Positions 50,774 to 62,309 of a stretch of 64,000 nt of DNA are shown piece by piece. The stretch spans positions 138,820,001-138,884,000 of the forward strand of contig NC_086097.1 in assembly GCF_963921235.1 (NCBI RefSeq), given 5' to 3'. Positions within the stretch are counted from its first letter, which is position 1. Each line of letters starts with the position of its first letter. This stretch comes from Mobula hypostoma (lineage: Eukaryota). A program made the position numbers and the translations under genes. The notes beneath the pieces are model-generated. The model was not told where the DNA came from. It did no database searches and saw only the letters and a list, made by a program, of their open reading frames with translations.

Positions 50774-50819
50774 TGGTCTCTATCCAAGTACCAACCAGGC
50801 CAGAAATGGTTTAGCTTCA
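50774..50819 (-). pseudogene. 5S rRNA-derived fragment (pseudogene or SINE3 head)
   Basis: Minus strand gaagctaaaccatttctggcctggttggtacttggatagagacc resembles the 5S internal control region gaagctaagcagggtcgggcctggttagtacttggatgggagacc. Confidence 0.6.
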
Positions 50820-51163
50820 AGCATTTCCCTGCTGGCTCCAGTTAGTACTTCCTTCCAGGATTCCAACCAAACGTGAAGGTTTAGTTGGGGTTAGTGGGTA
50901 CAGGGCAAAGGGCAAATCTGAATTACTGCTGAACTATCTTTCTGGAACTGAAAGTGAGAAATTACCCTTCTGCAGTCTGATTCCACCTGAATTATTGTCA
51001 ATCATGTATATAAAAGTCACTTTTTTTGTACTATTGTTTTCTATCTCCATCTCCTCTTCCTCCTCTCAATTCTCTTTCTCGTAATTCTATTTGTCTATCT
51101 CTCTCCTAACTTCATGTTCTAATTTGGCATTGGACCTACTGTGACTCATAATATTAGATCTGA

Positions 51164-51481
51164 TTGTTGGCGCTTGGCCAAGTGATTAAGGCGTTCGTCT
51201 AGTGATCTGAAGGTCGCTAGCTTGAGCCTTGGCTGAGGCAGCATGTTGTGTCCTTGAGCAAGGCACTTAACCACACATTGCTCTGCGACGACACCAGTGC
51301 CAAGCTGTATGGGTCCTAATGCCCTTCCCTTGGACAACATTGGTGGCGTGGAGAGGGGAAACTTGCAGCATGGGCAACTGCTGGTCTTCCATACAACCTT
51401 GCCCAGGCCTGTGCCCTGGAGACCTTCCATGGCGCAAATCCATGGTCTCAGGAGACTAACGAATGCCTATTATTATTATTA
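51164..51481 (+). mobile_element. tRNA-CORE SINE (tail type B)
   Basis: Same head and core as 2739-2862; different tail ending (tat)n; short flanking repeat tgatt. Confidence 0.9.
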
Positions 51482-52609
51482 TGATTGGCTGGGGAGCCAA
51501 AAGTCTCAGAAACCTAGAGGAGATGTTTGTAGTCACAACAAATCACAGCTTTGGAGCTCAGATAAAGATAATGACCACTGGCACTGCACAGACCACACAA
51601 TCCAGCCTTACCACTGTCACTGATGTGGATACGTTGGTTCCCCAGTTAAGGACGTTCTTCACCTGCCCATCTCCAGCGAGGTGGAACAAGCTGGGAAGAA
51701 CTCACAAATTGCAGAACATTGAGTTTAACCTCTTAATATCCACTTTAATTAAGGGTTAAATGTGGCAAGAGCATGTCTTAATCAAGTTTTATATCTATTT
51801 TATTATAAGGTCCAGACTACTGTTGTACATATGCAAGCTTACAGTACACCAAGTCCCTTTCATCCTGACCTACACTGGACCCAGTTAGTTAGCACCTTGG
51901 TTTAAAATTGCACTCTTGTTTTCCAATCCCTTCCCAAATTCCTGACCACTTGATCATTTCTAAATTTAATTGTTCCATTTGTTGATGGCCGTATTTTCAG
52001 CCACTAAGATCCCAAGCTCTGGCATTTCCTCCCTAAGCTAACTTCATGTTCTCCTTGAAGTTGCTTCTTAACCAAACATTGCCTCAGTTTTTGAGCATCT
52101 ACCCTAATTCTCACATGTTGCTTCTGTGAAGCAATATAGGGAACTTTATTTGGTTAAAGGCTACAAATAAATGCAAGTTATTGTTGCTAGCCTCACTGAT
52201 TGGCATCTCCTGATTTACTCTAGATCTTTACTATTTTCTCTCCAGTGACATTCACTTTTATTAAATAGACTTTCTGCACTAGTTATTATTTTATTAATTT
52301 ACTTTCATCATGAGCCTAAACATGGATAATCGCTTTAATTGTTTTACATACTAGAAGTGACTTCAGCATAAATTACTTTTTGATTAGTGTTACTTAAATG
52401 GACTGCAGAACTTGTATGTGGGCAGTATGCCTTTCAAACATGCAGATGGAAAGCTAAATGTGAGACCAAGAAGTCACAGCTCCAAAGAATTTACTCCCCA
52501 CCCACCAGTTTACAGATTTTTGAAGTCTCCTTCAGACTCTATCCAGTTGAATGTTTAACCTCTGGTTCGGTATCTGACTGGACCAACACAGCTGCTCCCG
52601 TTCTCTATT

Positions 52610-53800
52610 GATAGGGCAGAAATGGCTGCTGACTGTTCTGAGGTTTGGATGTTTCAAAAGAGAGAGGGAGGAAGGTTAAAGAGGTAGGCAGTAGCATTGC
52701 TTATCAGGGCTGCAGAAAGGCAGGATGTGGTGGAGGAATTGTCTACTGAGTTAGTATGGGTGGAAGTCAGAAACAGGAAGGGTGCAATCAATCTATTGCG
52801 CTTATTCTATAGAGCACCCAATAGCAACAGAGACAGTGAGGAACAGATTGAGAGGCAGATTTTGGAAAGGTGCAAAAATAACAGAGTTGTTGTCATGGGT
52901 GACTTCAATTTCCCTAATATTGATTGGCACCTCCTTAGATGGGACACAATTTGTAGTTACGTCCAGGAAGGATGCCTGCCACAATATGTCAATGTGGCAG
53001 CCAGAGGAGAGGCCATCTTGTATCTGCTGCTAGGCAGTGAACCAGATCAGGTGCAAGATCTCTCACCGGGTGAGCCTTTTGGAGACAGTCATCACAATTC
53101 CTTGATCTTCACCACAGCCTTGGACACAAATAGGAGCAGACAGTATGGGGAAATATTTAAGAATTCAAAGTATATTTATTTTCAAAGAATGTAAAAAATT
53201 ATACAACCTTGAGATTTGTTTGCTTTCAGCCAGCCACAAAGCAAGAAACCGGAAAAAACCCAAATAAAAAAAGACCAACACCCAACGTGTGGACAAGGAG
53301 AAAAAAAAAATCACGCGAACAGTAAAAGCAAGCAACAGCATTCCGAAACAAAATGAGCCCATAGCCCAGAAGCCTGGAGCAGCTGGAGTAGGCCCAAGGC
53401 CTCAGTCTCAGTTCATCATGCAGTGGGGCATTAATTGGGGGTGGGCAAATTATAATGCTATTAGGCAGGAATTTGAAAACATAAATTGGGAGCAGATGTA
53501 TTCAGGGGAATGCACAATGGGAATGTGGAAATTACCCAGAAGTACTTGCATGGGGTTCTGGATACTTTTGTTCCATTGAGGCAGAGAAAGGATGGTGGGG
53601 GTGAAGAAACCATGAAGAAATGTGGAACATCCTGTTGCGAGGAAGAAAGAAGCTTAGTTAAGGTTTAGGAAGCAAGAATCAAACTGGGCTCCGGAGAGTT
53701 ACAAGGTAGCCAGGAAGGAATTTAAGAATGGACTTAGGAGAGTTAGAAGGGGGCAGATGGGATTCTGGAAAACACTAAGGCATTCTCTATGCAGCATGGA
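52610..53800 (+). mobile_element. Older CR1 APE region, interrupted by a Rex1-tailed fragment at about 53160-53428 (-)
   Basis: FYRAPNS, VVMGDFNFPNIDW and FGDSHHN motifs; resumes WGWANYNAIRQE. Confidence 0.85.
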
Positions 53801-53804
53801 AGAT

Positions 53805-54208
53805 GCTGGGATGCGGCCCTGTGCGACTCCGAAGAAGACAGATTCTAGGCTGGTGCCACCGACTGAGTTATCGTAGGAGAAGGAACACCAGGATTTTGCG
53901 GTGGCGGATGCTGCAGACAGAGGTCTCTGTAGTTGAACGACCACTCTCTCTTTCTCTAGATGCTGGGGAGAGTTTGCTGCCGAGTCTCGAGTCAGAGAAT
54001 CTTGGAATAAAAAGCAATGTGGCATAATGCAACATCGTGACAGACTGGGTGACATCTTTCTGTTCCTTGCTGGTGAGAGTGAGAGAGAGAGAGAGAGAGT
54101 TCTTTAGTCTTTCTTTCCTGGATGTCTGTGAAGACTAAGTATTTCAGGTTGTGTTCTGTATACATTCTCTAATAATAAACTGAGCTATTTGAACCATTTG
54201 AACCATTT
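53805..54208 (+). mobile_element. Non-coding retroposon with Rex1-type tail
   Basis: Ends ...caggttgtgttctgtatacattctctaataataaac...(atttgaacc)2, like the Rex1 3' tails here; CpG-containing body. Confidence 0.5.
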
Positions 54209-56398
54209 ATCATGGAAAAGGATAGAATCAAAGAGGACAGGAAAATTTTTAGTTGGGGAAAGGCAAATTATGAGGCTATAAGGCTAGAACTTGCGGGTGT
54301 GAATTGGGATGATGTTTTTGCAGGGAAATGTACTATGGACATGTGGTCGATGTTTAGAGATCTCTTGCAGGATGTTAGGGATAAATTTGTCCCGGTGAGG
54401 AAGATAAAGAATGGTAGGGTGAAGGAACCATGGGTGACAAGTGAGGTGGAAAATCTAGTCAGGAGGAAGAAGGCAGCATACATGAGGTTTAGGAAGCAAG
54501 GATCAGCTGGGTCTATTGAGGAATATAGGGAAGCAAGAAAGGAGCTTAAGAAGGGGCTGAGAAGAGCAAGAAGGGGGCATGAGAAGGCCTTGGCGAGTAG
54601 GGTAAAGGAAAACCCCAAGGCATTCTTCAATTATGTGAAGAAAAAAAGGATGACAGGAGTGAAGGTAGCACCGATTAGAGATAAAGGTGGGAAGATGTGC
54701 CTGGAGGCTGTGGAAGTGAGCGAGGTCCTCAATGAATACTTCTCTTCGGTATTCACCAATGAGAGGGAACTTGATGATGGTGAGGATAATATGAGTGAGG
54801 TTGATGTTCTGGAGCATGCTGATATTAAGGGAGAGGAGGTGTTGGAGTTGTTAAAATACATTAGGACAGATAAGTCCCCGGGGCCTGACGGAATATTCCC
54901 CAGGCTGCTCCACGAGGCGAGAGAAGAGATTGCTGAGCCTCTGGCTAGGATCTTTATGTCCTCGTTGTCCATGGGAATGGTACCGGAGGATTGGAGGGAG
55001 GCGAATGTTGTTCCCTTGTTCAAAAAAGGTAGTAGGGATAGTCTGGGTAATTATAGACCAGTGAGCCTTACATCTGTGGTGGGAAAGCTGTTGGAAAAGA
55101 TTCTTAGAGATAGGATCTATAGGCATTTAGAGAATCATGGTCTGATCAGGGACAGTCAGCATGGCTTTGTGAAGGGCAGATCGTGTCTAACAAGCCTGAT
55201 AGAGTTCTTTGAGGAGGTGACCAGGCATATAGATGAGAGTAGTGCAGTGGATGTGATCTATATGGATTTTAGTAAGGCATTTGACAAGGTTCCACATGGT
55301 AGGCTTATTCAGAAAGTTAGAAGGCATGGGATCCAGGGAAGTTTGGCCAGGTGGATTCAGAATTGGCTTGCCTGCAGAAGGCAGAGGGTGGTGGTGGAGG
55401 GAGTACATTCAGATTGGAGAATTGTGACTAGTGGTGTCCCACAAGGATCTGTTCTGGGACCTCTATTTTTCATGATTTTTATTAATGACCTGGATGTGGG
55501 GGTAGAAGGGTGGGTTGGCAAGTTTGCAGATGACACAAAAGTTGGTGGTGTTGTAGATAGTGTAGAGGATTTTCAAAGATTGCAGAGAGACATTGATAGG
55601 ATGCAGAAGTGGGCTGAGAAGTGGCAGATGGAGTTCAACCCGGAGAAGTGTGAGGTGGTACACTTTGGAAGGACAAACTCCAAGGCAGAGTACAAAGTAA
55701 ATGGCAGGATACTTGGTAGTGTGGAGGAGCAGAGGGATCTCGGAGTACATGTCCACGGATCCCTGAAAGTTGCCTCACAGGTGGATAGGGTAGTTAAGAA
55801 AGCTTATGGGGTGTTAGCTTTCATAAGTCGAGGGATAGAGTTTAAGAGTCGCGATGTAATGATGCAGCTCTGTAAAACTCTGGTTAGGCCACACTTGGAG
55901 TATTGTGTCCAGTTCTGGTCACCTCACTATAGGAAGGATGTGGAAGCATTGGAAAGGGTACAGAGGAGATTTACCAGGATGCTGCCTGGTTTAGAGAGTA
56001 TGCATTATGATCAGAGATTAAGGGAGCTAGGGCTTTACTCTTTGGAGAGAAGGAGGATGAGAGGAGACATGATAGAGGTATAGAAGATAATAAGAGGAAT
56101 AGATAGAGTGGATAGCCAGCGCCTCTTCCCCAGGGCACCACTGCTCAATACAAGAGGACATGGCTTTAAGGTAAGGGGTGGGAAGTTCAAGCGGGATATT
56201 AGAGGAAGGTTTTTTACTCAGAGAGTGGTTGGTGCTGAATCAGTGGTGGAGGCAGATACACTAGTGAAATTTAAGAGACTACTAGACAGGTATATGGAGG
56301 AATCTAAGGTGGGGGCTTATATGGGAGGCAGGGTTTGAGGGTCGGCACAACATTGTGGGCCGAAGGGCCTGTAATGTGCTGTACTATTCTATGTTCTA
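54208..56398 (+). mobile_element. Young 5'-truncated CR1 LINE (2.2 kb)
   Basis: Long open ORF2, 3' UTR and ttctatgttctat tail. Confidence 0.97.
54212..56083 (+). CDS. CR1 ORF2 reverse transcriptase, partial (no APE domain; premature stop near the C-terminus)
   Basis: 623-aa ORF with KSPGPDG, NYRPVSLTS, YMDFSKAFDKVPH, GVPQGSVLGP and KFADDTK; the reading frame resumes after the TAG at 56081. Confidence 0.85.
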   Translation: MEKDRIKEDRKIFSWGKANYEAIRLELAGVNWDDVFAGKCTMDMWSMFRDLLQDVRDKFVPVRKIKNGRVKEPWVTSEVENLVRRKKAAYMRFRKQGSAGSIEEYREARKELKKGLRRARRGHEKALASRVKENPKAFFNYVKKKRMTGVKVAPIRDKGGKMCLEAVEVSEVLNEYFSSVFTNERELDDGEDNMSEVDVLEHADIKGEEVLELLKYIRTDKSPGPDGIFPRLLHEAREEIAEPLARIFMSSLSMGMVPEDWREANVVPLFKKGSRDSLGNYRPVSLTSVVGKLLEKILRDRIYRHLENHGLIRDSQHGFVKGRSCLTSLIEFFEEVTRHIDESSAVDVIYMDFSKAFDKVPHGRLIQKVRRHGIQGSLARWIQNWLACRRQRVVVEGVHSDWRIVTSGVPQGSVLGPLFFMIFINDLDVGVEGWVGKFADDTKVGGVVDSVEDFQRLQRDIDRMQKWAEKWQMEFNPEKCEVVHFGRTNSKAEYKVNGRILGSVEEQRDLGVHVHGSLKVASQVDRVVKKAYGVLAFISRGIEFKSRDVMMQLCKTLVRPHLEYCVQFWSPHYRKDVEALERVQRRFTRMLPGLESMHYDQRLRELGLYSLERRRMRGDMIEV

Positions 56399-58057
56399 TA
56401 AGTAAAGAACAAGAGAATGACTGGAGTGTTTTGATGGGCTGAATGGACTAATTTTGCTCCTATGTCTTATGGACTTGTGGTGAATTTGCATAGCACTCCT
56501 TCTAAGACTGGTATACCCCAACTGTGCTGTACAGGTGTGTGGGGTGTAGTAAGGGAATGGAGGTGACTTATCATTACTGTGAAAGCTCAGGCCTATGCTC
56601 AGTGAACCCTACTGGAGTGGAGTGGGCAATGATGCAGGTAAGAAATGAACTTGACACATTTGTGACGCTCCTGTTGGTGAAGAGCTCAACCCTCACTGCC
56701 CCGCAACTCACCCAAGCACCTGCAGACTCGATCAGCAAGAACAGGTTTCCTCATCATCCCTTGGAAGTGCACTGCTGGTCCCATATTGCCATTTGGGTTT
56801 AAACTCTAGACCTGCCTCCTTCCAGTGTTTCAAGAAGGCTGCTTACCATCATTTTCTCAAAGGTAAGTAGGGATGGGCAATAAATATTGATATTGCCAGC
56901 AGTAATCTGAAAACAAAAGACTTAATGTTAAGTGAAATTTGAGAAATTCTGCCAGATACCCAGGAAACTGCTGCTGCGACTGAGATACATGGTGAAAAGT
57001 CTGTGCTCAATGAGAGCGCACCTCCAGGAAGATCTGTAGGAAGTGTTATAACAGAGTACAGAGGCGCACTCTTTGTCAGTGCTGACTGTGTTTTATTACA
57101 CCTCCCTACTAGTTCTAGCAAGTGGGAGAGTTCAATGACTCCCTCCCCCACACCCCCTACTCCATCAACCTGATGATGGAATTGTTTCTGAACATAGTGA
57201 ACCTGTGCAAGTTTGTTTTGCTAAATATACAGAAAAGGCTCCTTCTTAGTTTTTAGTGAGTTTCTCTAGGCTGTGTTAAATTATTCAGTGTGCTGATGGT
57301 TACATTGTGCAATGAATCATTGCCACACAAAGGAGAAATTGAGAAGTCTAAATAACTTTTCACGTCCAATGTTTCTGCTGCCTAGATCTGAGTTGGATAA
57401 TACCATTAATCAAATCATTCTAATCTGCCTGGTATGTCTCCAGCTCACCAGTCAGATCCTTCCCAACTCTTCAGTGTGTTGCTATGGTAGTGTATTTATA
57501 CTGAGGAAAAATGATTTATTGTTGGTTTACTCTGTTGATGATTAAGTGCTGTGGTTTTATTGCTCTTTGTTGCTGTGTTCGTCAGTGTCACCGTGATGCC
57601 CGTAGCTGCTATGTGTGGATATTGGCAGCAATCTCTGTACAGCAAATGGGAAGTGTGGTTAAGGTCTGAGGCTGGGTGACGGGAGGTACCTTGCACGAGT
57701 CCCTATGTTAAGATGTACCTTTGAAGCTACAGAAGTCTTTTAAAGCACACTCATAGACTCAGCAGACTTCTGCATTTGTAAAAACCCTATTGATAGCCCA
57801 TAAGCCAAATTCCCAGCCTGTCAGATCCCGGACTGCTCTGAGGGAAAAAAAGTCTCTCCTCCATGATCCATGCCCAAGGAAGAAGATTGTCAGGGGAGTT
57901 GGACGATGGTCAGACATTAATGGGTTTGGAGTCAGAAGATGGAGTAGTTAATTATAGTTGGGCTTCTTGTTGAACAAGGAGCTATCAGTGACTATAAAAC
58001 TTTAAAGTGGGTGATGAAACTCAACAAAATAAGCAGAGGATGCTGGGAGGAGATCAA

Positions 58058-59135
58058 GAGATTGCAGTTGCTGGAAATCTGAAGCAAAACACAAAGGTGC
58101 TGGAGGACCTCAATGGGTCTGACAGCATCAAGGGAGGGAAATGGACAATCAACATTTCAGGATGAGATTCTTCACCTCGACTGCAAAGAAAGAGCGGAGA
58201 TAGCCAATACAAAAAGATAGATGGAAAGGGTGATTAATACTGAAAAAAAATCTTAAGGAAATCAGAAAGTCAAGCAGCATTTATGGAAGGAATAAGAAGT
58301 TGGCCTTTTGGGCCACGATCCTTCATCAGAACCGGAAAGGAAGGAGTCAGAAGCCAGAACAAGAAGGTGGGGTAAGGGAAGGAGCACAAGCCTCCTGGTG
58401 GAGGGTGAGACCAGGTGGTGGGTGGGGGAGTGGAGAATGAAGTAAGGAGGAGATAGGTGGAAAAGGTAAAGGCTGAAAAATATGGAACCTACTAGACGAA
58501 GACAGTGGACCATGGAAGAAAGAGAAGGATGTGGGTAACTAATAATAGGCATCTGTCAGTGAGACCATGGATTTGTGCCTTGGAAGGTTTCCAGGGTGCA
58601 GGCCTGGGCAAGGTTGTACGGAAGACTGGCAGTTGCCCATGCTGCAAGTCTCCCCTCTCCACGCCACCGATGTTGTCCAAGGGAAGGGCACTAGGGTCGA
58701 TACAGCTTGGCACCGGTGTCGTCGCAGAGCAATGTGTGGTTAAGTGCCTTGCTCAAGGACACAACACACTGCCATAGCTGAGGCTCGAAATAGCGACCTT
58801 CAGATCACTAGACCAACGACTTAGCCACTTGGCCACGCGCCAACACAATGTGGGTAACTAGAAAGAGGTGATAGGCAGGTGAGGAAAAAGTAAAGGGTCA
58901 GAGGGTAACTGGCTCTGGGAATGGAAAAAGAGAAAAGGAGAGAGAAAGAAATTGATGTCCATGCCTTTAGTTTGGAGGCTACCCAGTTGGAGCAAGAGCT
59001 GTCAGGCAATAGGTGGATCCAGTTAAGGTGGTGATAGGCAGATGGAGGGGCAGAGAGAAGTGATGATGTCAGAAGGGAGGTGATAGTAAAGTGACAAAGA
59101 GCTGAAGAAGTAGAATCTGATAGGAAAGACCAGAA
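58058..59135 (-). mobile_element. Degenerate Penelope pLTR and 3' fragments
   Basis: Similar to 27505-27830 and 29700-29845; decayed hammerhead ctgatgaaggatcgtggccc on the minus strand at about 58310-58330. Confidence 0.65.
58542..58847 (-). mobile_element. tRNA-CORE SINE (tail type B)
   Basis: Approximate reverse complement of 51164-51481; 13-bp TSD atgtgggtaacta at 58529-58541 and 58848-58860. Confidence 0.93.
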
Positions 59136-62100
59136 GACCATAAGATATAGAATTTGGCCATTTGGTCCATTGAGACTGCTCTGCCATTTTATGATGGCTG
59201 ATCCATCCCCAATCTCCTACCTTCTCCCTATCCCTTCATGCCCTGACCAGTCAAGAAACTATCAGCCTCTGCCTTAAATATACATAAAGACTTGGCCTTC
59301 ATAGCTGACTGTGGCAGAGTTCCACAGATTCACCACTCTTGATCTAAAGAAATTCCTCCTCATCCCTATTCTAAAAGGACACCCCTCTATTCTGAAGTTG
59401 TGACCTCTGACCTTAGGCTCTCCCACCACAGGAAACATCTTCTCTCCACATCCACTCTATCAAGGCCCTTCACTATTCAATAGGTTTCAATTAGGTCACC
59501 CCTCATTCTTTTGAATTCCAGTGAATACAGGCCTAGAGCTATCAAAGGCCCTTCATATGACGAGTCATTCAATCCTGGAATAATTTTCGTGAACCTCCTT
59601 TGAACCCTCTCCAGTTTCAGCACACCCTTTCTGAGAAAAGGGGCTCAAAACTGCTCACAATACTCCAAGTGAGGCCTCACCAGTGCTTTATAAAGTCTCA
59701 ACATTACATCCTTGCTTTTACATTCTAGTCCTATTCAAATAAATACTAACATCTCATTTGCCTTCCTCACCAGAGGCTCAACCTACAAATTAACCTTTAG
59801 GGAATCCTGCACAAGGACTCCCAAGTCATTTGCACCTCAGTTTTTTGTATTTTCTCTTTATTTAGAAAATAGTCAACTCTTGCATTCCTTCTACCAAACT
59901 GCATGATCATACACTTCCTGGCACAGATTCCATTTGCCACTTCTTTGACTATTTTTCTAATCTGGCTAAGTTCTTCTGTAGCCTCTCTACTTCCTCAAAA
60001 CTACCTGCCCCTCCACCTATCTTCATATCATCTGCAAACTTTGCAACAAAGCCATCAATTCCAACATCCAAATCATGACATACAACACAGGCCCCTGTGG
60101 AACAGCACTAGTTACTGGCAACCAACCAGAAATGATTCCCTTTATTCCTCCTGCCAATCAGCCACTGCTTTATCCATGATAGAATCTTTCCTGTAATACC
60201 ATGGGCTCGTAACTTGTTAAGCAGTCTCATGTGTGGCACCTTGTCACAGGACTTCTGAAAATCCAACTCCACAACATCAACCGATTCTCCTTTGTCTATC
60301 CTGCTTGTTATTTCTTCAAAGAATTCTGACAGATTTTTTCAGGCAAGATCTTCCCTTGAGGAAACCATGCTGACTATGGCCTATTTTATCAAATGCTTCC
60401 AAGTACCTGAAACCACATTGTTAACAATCGACTCCAACATCTTCCCAACCACTGAGGTCAGACTAACTGGCCAACAGTTTCCTTTCTTCTACCTCTCTCC
60501 CTTCTTGAAGAGTGGAGTGACATATGTAATTTTTCAATCTTCTGAAACCATTCCAGAGTCTAGTGATTCTTGAAATATCATTACTAATGCCACCACAATC
60601 TCTTCAGCCACCTACTTCAGAACCCTGGGTGTACACCATCTAGTCCAGGTGACTTATCTACCTTCAGATCTTTCAGTTTTCCGAGAAACTTCATTCTAGT
60701 AGTGGTAAACTCACTTTATGACACCTGAAACCTGGAACTTCCACCACACTGCTCGTGTCTTCCACAGTAAAGACTGATGAAAATACTTATTCAGTTCATC
60801 TGCCAATTCCTTGTCCCCATTACTACCGCTCCAGATCGTTTTCCAACGATCTGATATCCACTCTCACTTCCCTTTTACACTTTTGGTATCCTCTTTAATA
60901 TTGTTGGCCAGCTTACTTTTGTATTCCACCTTTACCGTTTTAATGACTTTTTTATTTGCCATCTGTTGGTATTTAAAAACTTCCCAATCCTCTAACTTCC
61001 CATTAAAATTTTGCAATATTATATGCCCTCTCTTTGGCTTTTATGATGGCTTTCACATCCTTGTTGGCCACGATTGTGTCATGTTTCCTTTAGAATACTT
61101 CTTCCTCTTTAGAATGTACATATCTTGTGTCTTCCAAATTGCTCCCAGAAATTCCAGCCATTGCTGCTCTACCATCATCCCTGCCAGTGTTCTTTTCCAA
61201 TCAATTCTGGCCAACTCCTCTCTCATGCCTCAGTAATTCCCTTTACTCTACTGTAATACTGATACATCTGACTTTAGCTTCTGCTTCTCAAATTTCATGG
61301 TGACTGCTTGGGGGTCTGTATATAACTCCCATCAAGGTCTATTTACCAAGCATTGTCACATGGTGTGAGCAGAATTATCTGCAGCTTAATGTGAAAAAGA
61401 CTAAGGAGCTGGTGGTAGACCTGAGGACAGCTAAGGTACCGGTGACCCCTGTTTCCATCCAGGGGGTCAGTGTGGACATGATGGAGGATTACCAATACCT
61501 GGGGATACGAATTAACAATAAACTGGACTGGTCAAAGAACACTGAGGCTGTCTACAAGAAGGGTCAGAGCCGTCTCTATTTCCTGAGGAGGCTGAGGTCC
61601 TTTAACATCTGCCGGATGATGCTGAGGATGTTCTACGAGTCTGTGGTGGCCAGTGCTATCATGTTTGCTGTTGTGTGCTGGGGCAGCAGGTTGAGGGTGG
61701 CAGACACCAACAGAATCAACAAACTCATTCGTAAGGCCAGTGATGTTGTGGGGAAGGAACTGGACTCTCTCACGGTGATGTCTGAAAAGAGAATGCTGTC
61801 TAAGTTGCATGCCATCTTGGTCAATGTCTCCCATCCACTACATAATGTACTGGTTGGGCACAGGAGTACATTCAGCCAGAGACTCATTCCACCGAGATGC
61901 AGCACAGAGCGTCATAGGAAGTCATTCCTGCCTGTAGCCATCAAACTTTACAACTCCCCCCTTGGAAGGTCAGACATCCTGAGCCAATAGGCTGGTCCTG
62001 GACTTATTTCATAATTTACTGGCATAATTTACATACTACTATTTAACTATTTATGGTTCTATTATTATTTATGGAGCAACTGTAATGAAAACCAATTTCC

Positions 62101-62305
62101 CCCGGGATTAATAAAGTATGACTATGACTATGACTATTTCCTTAGGTCTATCCACAATGATTCAACACCTTCCTACCCCATGTCACCTCTTTCTAATGAT
62201 TTGATTTCATTTTTTGCCAACAGAGCAACACCTGTCCTTAAGTTACAATGCGTACCCTTGACATTAAGCTCCCAGCTACGATCTTCTTTCAGCCATGATT
62301 CAGTG
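59136..62305 (-). mobile_element. Degenerate CR1 LINE, interrupted by Rex1
   Basis: Colinear with 18270-21240; APE remnants continue at about 62140-62305. Confidence 0.9.
61362..62137 (+). mobile_element. Young Rex1/Babar 3' end
   Basis: Open 199-aa C-terminus (KTKELVVD, YLG, KKGQSRLYFLRRLRSF, SFLPVAIKLYN); AATAAA followed by a (tatgac)3 tail. Confidence 0.92.
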
Positions 62306-62309
62306 CAGG

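Noticed and set aside
50774..50819. Functional 5S rRNA gene
   Set aside because: Only about 45 diverged bases are present.
54268..55756. Antisense ORFs over CR1 (also 20474-20866 and 13761-14111)
   Set aside because: Shadow frames of LINE coding sequence.
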